Shown here in pieces: positions 29,249 through 37,648 of a stretch of DNA of 55,069 bases. The notes under the pieces are model-generated. The model worked only from the letters and a program-made list of their open reading frames with translations. It was not told the DNA's origin and did no database searches. Origin of the DNA: an uncultured Candidatus Peregrinibacteria bacterium (GTDB lineage: Bacteria > Patescibacteriota > Gracilibacteria > CAIRYL01); the NCBI GenBank assembly GCA_903882825.1, contig CAIRYL010000168.1, positions 1 through 55,069 on the forward strand, read 5' to 3'. The translations under genes and the position numbers were made by a program. How positions within the stretch are numbered: position 1 is the first letter of the stretch; each line of letters begins with the position of its first letter.

Positions 29249-30826
29249 ATGATTGTTCCTAAATTTTTTGCAAAAACAACAATTCAAACAAAACGAACGC
29301 TTATGTATTATGCAGGAGCCATGAATTTTATGTTCGTATACACTATTTTAGGGTATTCGATTGCTATTTTTTTAATGGAACGCTTCCCAAATAATCCAAA
29401 TGCTATTTTTTTAGTAGGGCTTATTTTAGGAATGGCAAGTGTGTTTGGTCTTTTTGTGGATGTATTTCTCTCTTATCTTCAAAAACTTTTTCAACCCAGA
29501 AAACTCATTCTTACGGCTATTATAGGTCTTATTTTGACCGTATCCATTTTTTTAGCGTCACAAATGGTAGATACGCTTAAATGGCCTCTTTTTACGGTAG
29601 TGGCTGCTTGTTTTTATGGATGGAGTTATGATTTGTATGAAGTGACGATGTCGACCATGATTTTTGAAAGTACAAAAAACGAAGAATATGCCAGAGCTAT
29701 TTCTCAAAAAAAAGTGGCGGAAGCTCTCGGAATGCTTTTTGGAATTATTATCAGTGGAATTACTTTGCACTACGGATCCACCATTGCCCAAATTTTTCTT
29801 CTTATTTTTCTTACTTCTATTTTTGTATTTTTTAAACTCCATTTTAATCAAGAAGCCGATAACGTAGCCTTAAAATTTTCTGAAAAATCTGGGATTCAGT
29901 GGAAGGAAATTTTTGCTTCACTGTCGGACACCGAGGAAGTAAAAAATAAACTTTCACACACAGAAAGTAGTTTAAAAGAAAAAGTAATTGCGCTTTCAAT
30001 AAAAACAGCAGAAGAAATCCGAAAACTTCCAGAAAATGCTCTCGAACTTAAAAAATCAACTCAAGCATTACTGGAATCTGCCAGATTAACGCTTTTGGAT
30101 TTATTGGCAAAAGAGGAAGAAATTGTTCGTGAAAAAGTCCCAGAACTCCCATTCCATCCAAAAGATATGGTAAAAGAAGTGCATAACGCCTTCGCCTCTT
30201 TTTTTAGAATTTTTAATGCAAATACACCTTTTTCACTCCTGTGGGTTACTTTTATTGTGACCTTTTTTAGCTTTTGGGATACAATGGCCATTACTTTTCA
30301 GCCACTTTTCTTCAAAAATTTTCAAGAGAACTTTGGAATTTTTAGTTCCTTTTTTATGCTCTTTTTTGTATTGCCAGTTTTTTTGTGTGAAATCCCATTC
30401 GCAACACTTGCAGATAAATACGGGAGACATATTATGATTTTTCTTGGAATATCTATTTCAGGAATTTCTCTTGTTTTTTTAGGGCTAGCGGAAAGCGCTT
30501 TTGGAGGAAGTATTTGGGTGATTTTACTGGCAGGAGTTGGAAACGCAGTTGGATATGCCGCCGCATTTTCTCCCGCACAAGCAAAATTTGCAGATGAATT
30601 AGAGAGATTCGCAAAACTGGAAGGGAAGATTTTAACCAGCTCGGAAATTTCAGCACCACTTCGAATTACCTTAAATATTGGAAATATTTTAGGTCAAATA
30701 GCAGGAGGTTTAATATTTTCATTATTAGGATTTTTTAATGGATTTTTTATGTTTGGAGTATTACTGGTTTTTGTCAGCATTCTTTCGGCAGTACAATATT
30801 CAAAAATTAAAGATCACCCATTGTAA
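29249..30826 (+). CDS. MFS transporter with a large central cytoplasmic insertion
   Basis: Two 6-TM halves, LADKYGR motif; long charged linker (ORF track start TTG 29240). Confidence 0.82.
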   Translation: MIVPKFFAKTTIQTKRTLMYYAGAMNFMFVYTILGYSIAIFLMERFPNNPNAIFLVGLILGMASVFGLFVDVFLSYLQKLFQPRKLILTAIIGLILTVSIFLASQMVDTLKWPLFTVVAACFYGWSYDLYEVTMSTMIFESTKNEEYARAISQKKVAEALGMLFGIIISGITLHYGSTIAQIFLLIFLTSIFVFFKLHFNQEADNVALKFSEKSGIQWKEIFASLSDTEEVKNKLSHTESSLKEKVIALSIKTAEEIRKLPENALELKKSTQALLESARLTLLDLLAKEEEIVREKVPELPFHPKDMVKEVHNAFASFFRIFNANTPFSLLWVTFIVTFFSFWDTMAITFQPLFFKNFQENFGIFSSFFMLFFVLPVFLCEIPFATLADKYGRHIMIFLGISISGISLVFLGLAESAFGGSIWVILLAGVGNAVGYAAAFSPAQAKFADELERFAKLEGKILTSSEISAPLRITLNIGNILGQIAGGLIFSLLGFFNGFFMFGVLLVFVSILSAVQYSKIKDHPL

Positions 30827-31476
30827 AAAACAGAAAATTGTTCTGCTAATATTTCCATTTTTTTTACATCTTTGTGTCCAACACTCTGTTCTACAGAAGA
30901 AGAAATATCAATTCCCTCTGATAGAGATACTGAAAGAATTTCTTGAAAATTTTTGCTCGAAACACCACCCGCAATAATGAGTTTTTGATGTGGTGCGCAA
31001 AATGACTTCGCATTTTTTAAAATTTCAAGAGAAATCATTTTTCCAGTTCCACCACGTTTTTCAAAAGAAAAAGCATCCAAAAGAATGGTGTCACACATTT
31101 TATACTCTTGAATTTTTTCAAGATCTTTTTCTGTTTCTGGGCAAAACACTTTCCAAACTTGTTTTTGTGGAAAAATATTTTTTACAAGAGTACAAAACTC
31201 GGGAGATTCTTCTCCATGAAGCTGAAAAACATCAAAAAAATGGAGTGTTTTCACCTCTTCGAGAGGAGGATGAATAAGTACTGCCACCCATTGCACAGGA
31301 GAAAAATGAATTTTTTTAAAATTCGTTATTATTTTCTGGGCAACATCCAGAGGAACGCACCTGGGAGATTGTTTCGCCAAAATAATCCCCAATGCTTCTG
31401 GATGTAAAATGCTACACACCTGCTGTGCATCAGAAAGATGAGTAATGCCACAGATTTTTAAAAAAGGGCGAATAAT
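30814..31476 (-). CDS. trpF: Phosphoribosylanthranilate isomerase (start codon non-canonical/uncertain)
   Basis: KICGIT motif at 31458 is in frame upstream of the GTG ORF start at 31419; SPRCV, QLHGEES, LLDA...GGTG, AGG, GIDISSSVE..G.KD. Confidence 0.88.
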   Translation of the reverse strand: MIRPFLKICGITHLSDAQQVCSILHPEALGIILAKQSPRCVPLDVAQKIITNFKKIHFSPVQWVAVLIHPPLEEVKTLHFFDVFQLHGEESPEFCTLVKNIFPQKQVWKVFCPETEKDLEKIQEYKMCDTILLDAFSFEKRGGTGKMISLEILKNAKSFCAPHQKLIIAGGVSSKNFQEILSVSLSEGIDISSSVEQSVGHKDVKKMEILAEQFSVFYNG

Positions 31477-31500
31477 ACAAAAATAATAAAAGATATCTTT

Positions 31501-32289
31501 TTACAGTGAACGAGGAATACTTTTTAAAAATTCTTCCATTCCGAAGACTCCTTTTTCTTCAAAAATTTTTAAGAGTGCCGTTCCAATAATCACCATTTCT
31601 ACTTTTCCATGAAGAGTATGCACTTGTTCGGGTGTTTGAATTCCAAATCCGAGTGCCAGAGGAGTATCCGTCACCCTTCGTATTTTTTTTATAAAAATAT
31701 CCAATTCCTCAGAAAACTCTGTTTTTGATCCGGTAATTCCAGTTCGTGCTACCACATACAAAAGGTCTTCTGCATATTGAGCTAAAAATTGAAGACGTTC
31801 ATCGGAAGAGGTAGGAGCCAAAAGAGGGAGAACACAGAGTCCTTCACGTTTCGAAAGGGTAAAAAATTCTTCTCCTTCAGGGGTATCAAAAGGAAGATCT
31901 GGGATAATAAACCCATCAGCACCAGATTTTTTTGCCATGGTTACAAATGATGGAATCCCTTTTGCAATAACAATATTTGCGTATGTCATTATCAGAAATG
32001 GCGTACGAATACCAAAAAGTCTCATTTCTTCTATAAGATGAAAAACATCCTGTACTTGGACTCCATTTTCTAAAGCATTTTGGCTTGCTTTTAACAAGTG
32101 CGGACCATCTGCAATAGGGTCAGAAAACGGAATTTGCAGTTCAATAATATCGACATACGGAGATATTATTTTCAAAATTTCCTTCGTATGAGAAAGTGTT
32201 GGATACCCCACCACTGTATGCGCCATTACTCCCATTTTCTTTTCTCTTTTGAGTTTTTGAAGAATGGAAGAAAGAAGAGAATTCGTCAT
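31501..32289 (-). CDS. trpA: Tryptophan synthase alpha chain
   Basis: GYP, ELQIPFSDPIADGP, MTYAN, IIPDLP, APTS, RTGITG, GFGI. Confidence 0.95.
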   Translation of the reverse strand: MTNSLLSSILQKLKREKKMGVMAHTVVGYPTLSHTKEILKIISPYVDIIELQIPFSDPIADGPHLLKASQNALENGVQVQDVFHLIEEMRLFGIRTPFLIMTYANIVIAKGIPSFVTMAKKSGADGFIIPDLPFDTPEGEEFFTLSKREGLCVLPLLAPTSSDERLQFLAQYAEDLLYVVARTGITGSKTEFSEELDIFIKKIRRVTDTPLALGFGIQTPEQVHTLHGKVEMVIIGTALLKIFEEKGVFGMEEFLKSIPRSL

Positions 32290-32468
32290 ATTGATGAAAA
32301 ATTTTTTAAATTTGTTTTTCTTTCTTAAGCTTCTCGAAAATTCTTTTAAAAATCAATTCCTAAAAGAGAAGATTTTTGGTATAATGGATGGAAGGAAGAT
32401 TTTTATATTTTTTCCGAATCAGGAAATAAATCTTCAAAAAAACAAAAAATAATTTTAAAAGCTTTCTC

Positions 32469-34946
32469 ATGCCCTTTGTTTTTCAACATTTTTTCACTCG
32501 TATTTTAAATATTTCTCCTCATGAATTCTCACGAGTATTTCTTTCTTGGATTTTAAAATTCGTTCTGCATACCGCAACAATACTCGGATTTACCATTATC
32601 CTGGCACTGTTTGTAGGAGATATGGGACTCGAAAACCTTCCATATTTGTATATTTTCCAGGCAATTTTTGCAATTATTGGAACTTTAGCGCTTTCCCATA
32701 TTTTAAGAGATTTTCCAAAGCCAGAAGCCCTTGGGATTGGTGGATTTCTTGTTTTTATACTTGCCACACTTGGATTTTTCCTCAAAGAAACACACCCTTT
32801 TCTTTTTTTCTCAGTCCTTATTTTGGCGTATTCCGTGATTATTACACAAATGAATATTGCTCTTTCTCTTTTTATAGAAGAGCTTTTTTCTCCATTAGAA
32901 AGTGAACGAACCTTTCCTATTATCGATTCAGCAGAACCCATTGGCGGTATTTTTGCAGGGCTTATCACGGGAATTGGTATCCAATTTACAGGCCTGAATG
33001 CAAACGATTTTTTATTTATATGGGCTTTATTTGGAGCACTTTTTTCTCCTCTTATTTACTTTTTTGTACAAAAATTAGATCCTATTCCAAAACCGCATTC
33101 TCGTCAGGATGAATTTGAAAGGCTGAGCACAATCGGTGAATTACAAGAAAGTATAAAACATATTTTCCATAACCCTTTTTTAAGAACACTTTTTTTTACT
33201 GTTATTTTACAATGGCTTGTATTTAACCTTATTGAATTTCAATACACGAGTGCTGTAAAACATGAATTTACCGATGCTCATAGTGGAGATTTGGTGGCAA
33301 ATCAACTCACACATGGTCTGGGAATGGTGCAAATAGGGATTCATGGGATTGTTCTTTTTTCTCAACTATTTTTGGCTTCTAGCATTATAAAACAATTTGG
33401 GATTGTTCGAACAATTATTTTAAATCCTATTCTTGTGTTTTTATCAGCATTTTTAATGACGATAAACTTCTCATTTCTCACCGCCACCAGTACCAGAGGA
33501 TTTTTTGAAACATTTGGAGGACTTGCCAGAAATGCATACCATTCATCTTTTTATGTTTTTCGCCCACATGTGCGAGAACGAGCAAAAGAATTTTTAGAAG
33601 GAATCGCCCGACCATTTGGAATGCTCTTGGGGACTGTAATTATTTTTATAGTGCAATACGTATCAAATTTTAACGAATTTTTCCTTTTAAATACGCTCTC
33701 TATTTCTCTTTTGTTTTTGCTCGGAGTATGGACTATTCTTTCTTTTTCATTGCGTACAAAATACACACTTTTAGCTCGAAAAAATTTAGAAACATCAGGA
33801 CATGCCCCAGAAAAACTGGATGCTATTGAGATATTAGCACAAAAAGGACATGAAAACCCGGGTATACACCTCATGAAAGTTCTTCATTTTAAAAATGAAA
33901 ATCCAAAAGTACGATCAAAGATTTTAAAAACCCTTGGGCAGATAAAAAATACAAATGCCATCCCTGAAATTATAAAATGTTTTGATGATCCTTCCATAGA
34001 TGTAAAACTTTCGGCAGTAGAAAGTTTGATGGAATTTAAAGGCTTGGGGAACCATTTTATGGGACAATCATTTGCAAAACATCATGTTATGGAGGCTCTT
34101 CAAACGCTTTTTTATACCACCAGGTCAAAAAAAATTAAATCCGCAGTTATTCAAGTTTTTAAAAATATTCAACATTCAGAGATTGTTCCTTTCTTACTAA
34201 AAGCATTGGAATCAAAAGATGAAGAAACTGTTTCTGGTGCTATTCGGGTTTGTGGTCTTTTTCATGATGTTTCCGCGGGTTATTATTTAGAAAAATTTTT
34301 AAATCATCCAAATCCTATTATTCGATCAAACACGATTGTAGCATTGTGGCAGTTTATTCCTTATCGGATGAAGCTCACGGTGACACTCGCAGGAATGCTC
34401 GAATCAAGAGATCAAAAAATTTTAGAATGTGGAATTTATGCGGTAGGAGAAACCGAATCCATTCAAGAAATACCAAGACTTTTGAGAATTTTATCCGAAA
34501 ATAAAAATAATCAACACCTTCGAAAACATGCTGCCATTGCACTTGCAAAAATGAATCATGAACATTCCATAGATCATTTGGTGGAGCTCCTTTTACATCC
34601 TGAAAAAGAAATTTCACTCTCTACAAAAAGTCTTTTTCCAAGGGTGCATGAGAATATTAAAAAAATTGTGAATCAGCATATTATGCAAAAAATTACACAA
34701 GAAATTTTAGAGACGCTTGCAAAAGAACAGAATGATATTTTAGAAGATATGTCATCTCCAACACTCAAATCGCTCTTTCGTGCGTATGAAATACTCGGAG
34801 AAGAAAAGGAAATGATGCAAATAGAAGAGATTTTAGAAGATCGAAAAAAGAAAAAAGAAGAAATTCTTCCCAATAAAAAAGAAATGGAAAAATACTTTGA
34901 AAAAGGAAAAAAAATGACACTCGAAGATCTTATCCCTTCATTTTAG
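32469..34946 (+). CDS. Npt/TLC-like nucleotide translocase (MFS-type) fused to HEAT repeats
   Basis: About 12 TM N-terminal domain (LENLPYLY, ERTFPII, IEFQY, RERAKEFLEGIARP); C-terminal HEAT repeats (NPKVRSKILKTLG, NPIIRSNTIVALW, LRKHAAIALAK). Confidence 0.75.
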   Translation: MPFVFQHFFTRILNISPHEFSRVFLSWILKFVLHTATILGFTIILALFVGDMGLENLPYLYIFQAIFAIIGTLALSHILRDFPKPEALGIGGFLVFILATLGFFLKETHPFLFFSVLILAYSVIITQMNIALSLFIEELFSPLESERTFPIIDSAEPIGGIFAGLITGIGIQFTGLNANDFLFIWALFGALFSPLIYFFVQKLDPIPKPHSRQDEFERLSTIGELQESIKHIFHNPFLRTLFFTVILQWLVFNLIEFQYTSAVKHEFTDAHSGDLVANQLTHGLGMVQIGIHGIVLFSQLFLASSIIKQFGIVRTIILNPILVFLSAFLMTINFSFLTATSTRGFFETFGGLARNAYHSSFYVFRPHVRERAKEFLEGIARPFGMLLGTVIIFIVQYVSNFNEFFLLNTLSISLLFLLGVWTILSFSLRTKYTLLARKNLETSGHAPEKLDAIEILAQKGHENPGIHLMKVLHFKNENPKVRSKILKTLGQIKNTNAIPEIIKCFDDPSIDVKLSAVESLMEFKGLGNHFMGQSFAKHHVMEALQTLFYTTRSKKIKSAVIQVFKNIQHSEIVPFLLKALESKDEETVSGAIRVCGLFHDVSAGYYLEKFLNHPNPIIRSNTIVALWQFIPYRMKLTVTLAGMLESRDQKILECGIYAVGETESIQEIPRLLRILSENKNNQHLRKHAAIALAKMNHEHSIDHLVELLLHPEKEISLSTKSLFPRVHENIKKIVNQHIMQKITQEILETLAKEQNDILEDMSSPTLKSLFRAYEILGEEKEMMQIEEILEDRKKKKEEILPNKKEMEKYFEKGKKMTLEDLIPSF

Positions 34947-35012
34947 AAAATTCTGTTTCTCAAAAAAAGCAGAGAGCATATTATAGAAATATTTTTTTAA
35001 CTGTTATTTTCG

Positions 35013-36173
35013 ATGGAAAATTTTTTTACCATTCATAAAAAGGCTCTAAAATCTCGAGCTAGATCTGGAACGATTCATACACTTCATGGAGATTTACAAA
35101 CTCCCTGTTTTATGACGGTTGGGACAAAAGCAAACGTAAAAACTATTTCTTCTCTTCAATTGGAAGAAATTGGAGTTCCGGTAGTGTTGTGTAATACGTA
35201 TCATTTACATTTATTGCCAGGAGAAGACCTTATTGCAGAAATGGGAGGATTACATGGCTTTATGAATTGGCAAAAACCTATTTTTACCGATTCTGGGGGA
35301 TACCAAATATTTTCTATGGGACATGGAAGTGTTTCGGAGGAAATTAAAGGGGTGCGAAATAGTCCTACAAGACGGTCCCTATTAAAAATTTCTGAAGATG
35401 GTGCGGTATTTCGTTCTTATCTTGATGGATCCCAAAAAATAATTACTCCTGAATCATCTATACAAATACAAAACAAGCTGGGCGCGGATATGATTGCAGT
35501 ATTTGACGAATGTACCCCTTTTCATGTGGAAAAAACGTATACTCGAAAATCTATGGAAATGACACATCGCTGGCTGAATAGATGTATTGCAGAACATCAA
35601 AAACTAAAATCTCCACAAGCATTGTATGGAATTATTCAAGGAGGAATATACGAAGATCTTCGGGAAATTTCGTTGGAATATATTGCAAAATCTGGGACTC
35701 CTGGAATTTGTATTGGAGGATCCCTTGGACAAACAAAAGAACAAATGTATACGATTGTTGATTTTGTGACACAACGACTTCCGGTAGAAAAACCGGTACA
35801 TTTACTGGGGATTGGAGATTTAGATGATTTAGTACAAGGCGTAGCAATGGGGATTGATACTTTTGATTGTGTGGCACCTACCAGAAATGCAAGACACGGA
35901 CGAATATTTTCTTCCGAAACCCCAAAAAACACACTACAAGTTACCAATGCAACTTTTAGAAATAATCATACTCCGCTCGATATACACTGCTCATGCGCCG
36001 TATGTACACAATATTCTAAAAGTTATATCCATTACCTCTTTCGGGCAAAAGAAGTATTAGGAATGCAACTCGCGACATATCATAATATTTGGTTTTTAAC
36101 GCGATTTATGGAAAAAATACGAAAAAGTATTGAAAATGAACAATTTGAAGAAGAATTTCAGAAAAAATTCTAA
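35013..36173 (+). CDS. tgt: Queuine tRNA-ribosyltransferase (tRNA-guanine transglycosylase)
   Basis: TPCFM.VGT, CNTYHL, TDSGGYQ, FDEC, GIIQGG, FDCVAPTR, CSCAVC...H zinc site. Confidence 0.96.
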   Translation: MENFFTIHKKALKSRARSGTIHTLHGDLQTPCFMTVGTKANVKTISSLQLEEIGVPVVLCNTYHLHLLPGEDLIAEMGGLHGFMNWQKPIFTDSGGYQIFSMGHGSVSEEIKGVRNSPTRRSLLKISEDGAVFRSYLDGSQKIITPESSIQIQNKLGADMIAVFDECTPFHVEKTYTRKSMEMTHRWLNRCIAEHQKLKSPQALYGIIQGGIYEDLREISLEYIAKSGTPGICIGGSLGQTKEQMYTIVDFVTQRLPVEKPVHLLGIGDLDDLVQGVAMGIDTFDCVAPTRNARHGRIFSSETPKNTLQVTNATFRNNHTPLDIHCSCAVCTQYSKSYIHYLFRAKEVLGMQLATYHNIWFLTRFMEKIRKSIENEQFEEEFQKKF

Positions 36174-36193
36174 AAAATATTAAAAGACGTTTT

Positions 36194-36270
36194 TGGTGTC
36201 ACGGGGCAGATTTGAACTGCCGACCTCAGGGTTATGAATCCTGTGCTCTTACCAACTGAGCTACCGTGAC
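36194..36270 (-). tRNA. tRNA with CAT anticodon (elongator Met more likely; Ile2 not excluded)
   Basis: GTCACGG/CCGTGAC acceptor stem with paired G1-C72 (not initiator), loop TTCATAA, GTTCAAATC, CCA. Confidence 0.92.
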
Positions 36271-36713
36271 ATGTAAATATGATATTATCCTTTTTTCTCC
36301 AAAAAGAGAAAAATATCTTCTTTGAGAATATCAGGAATAACAAAAGAGAAAAAGGTTTTTTTAGAAGAGAATATAATTTTTATATTCAAAAAAGAAAGGA
36401 AGAGTGTATACAGTCATATCCTATATAAATCCTACTTTTTAGACACTTTTTTCTCATACCTGCCGATAATTCTTTTTTGCTTGTAGTATGCAGACAAAAT
36501 TTGCGGGACAGCTTGTTTCACTAAAACGGAAAAACTCTTTTTTTGCTGTTTCATAAACTTTTTCTTCACATTATTTACGCTTAAACTTTCTTAATTTGAA
36601 AAACAAGAAAATGTTCGAATGGTACATCCAACAGGCATATTTGTAGCATTACAACACCACCTACTCACCGAAGAAGAACTACTACGCACTTTTTTAAATT
36701 ACTCGATTATTGC

Positions 36714-37451
36714 TTAATAATTACACCGTTTCTCCATTCTAGATACATTATTATCAGTAAAGTTATTAAAACCTAGTGCTCCATATGTATTACTCCAAGC
36801 GTTATATCCATACTTTCTTTTATCAACACTCCGAATGCCCCACATTAAAAACGTACCATCAGCATTCCATGTTAAAAACCTTCCAAAATATTTCTTACTT
36901 ATACCTGTGGGATATGTCATGAGTTCAAATGAATTTGTTGCTTGTTCTACACCGAACCAAGCCTTATTTGCACCACCACTAATACTTGTCATATAGGCGC
37001 GATACTCACAATGTTCTATATCATAATCAGCCTGATCTGTAAGAGGAACATTTTCCCAAATAGGATTCTCAGCTTTAAAACATTTCAGTCCATCTTTGTC
37101 ACAATATTCCACAGCGCCCACTTTTCCTTCTACATCTAATTTTAATCCAGGACTCAAATTGTTGGTACCTACTCCCACATTTCCGCTCGTATCAGTATGC
37201 ACACTACGGGTTCGGTTATGTAAATCTATAATGTCATTTGCCATATTATTTAAGCTAGCAGAAGTAAGGAGTTGCCCCGAAACAGCTTCCGTTGGTGGAT
37301 ATGGAAGATTTGAAACTCCTCCTGTATTTTGTACGGCAGTAAGTGCCGCAAATCCAACACCTCCTACCAGTACAATGGCTATCCCCAAAAGAGCTCCAAA
37401 TCCTAAATGGGATATACGAGATAAAAAATTAAGAAAAAATGAGGATTTCAT
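36714..37451 (-). CDS. Exported fibre/adhesin-like protein with a variable C-terminal domain
   Basis: N-terminal signal/TM; GNVGVGT...KLDVEG fibre-type motif; EYCDKDG..C; aromatic-rich C-terminal domain. Confidence 0.7.
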   Translation of the reverse strand: MKSSFFLNFLSRISHLGFGALLGIAIVLVGGVGFAALTAVQNTGGVSNLPYPPTEAVSGQLLTSASLNNMANDIIDLHNRTRSVHTDTSGNVGVGTNNLSPGLKLDVEGKVGAVEYCDKDGLKCFKAENPIWENVPLTDQADYDIEHCEYRAYMTSISGGANKAWFGVEQATNSFELMTYPTGISKKYFGRFLTWNADGTFLMWGIRSVDKRKYGYNAWSNTYGALGFNNFTDNNVSRMEKRCNY

Positions 37452-37648
37452 AAAAAAAACGGAAAAAGTTTGTGTATAACAGCGGGTATTGTACTAAAAA
37501 ATACACGTATAATCAATATATTTTCACACAGAGCAGAACGAAAGGATTTTTTTAATAGTGTTTTAAAAAATGAAGATTTATAAAAAATAATAAAAACATT
37601 TTTAAGTATGGTATACTACAGCATGAAAGGTTTTTTTATCCCTTTTAT

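Noticed and set aside
36271..37451. Diversity-generating retroelement target/template
   Set aside because: No TR/VR pair with adenine-specific mismatches and no reverse transcriptase in the window.
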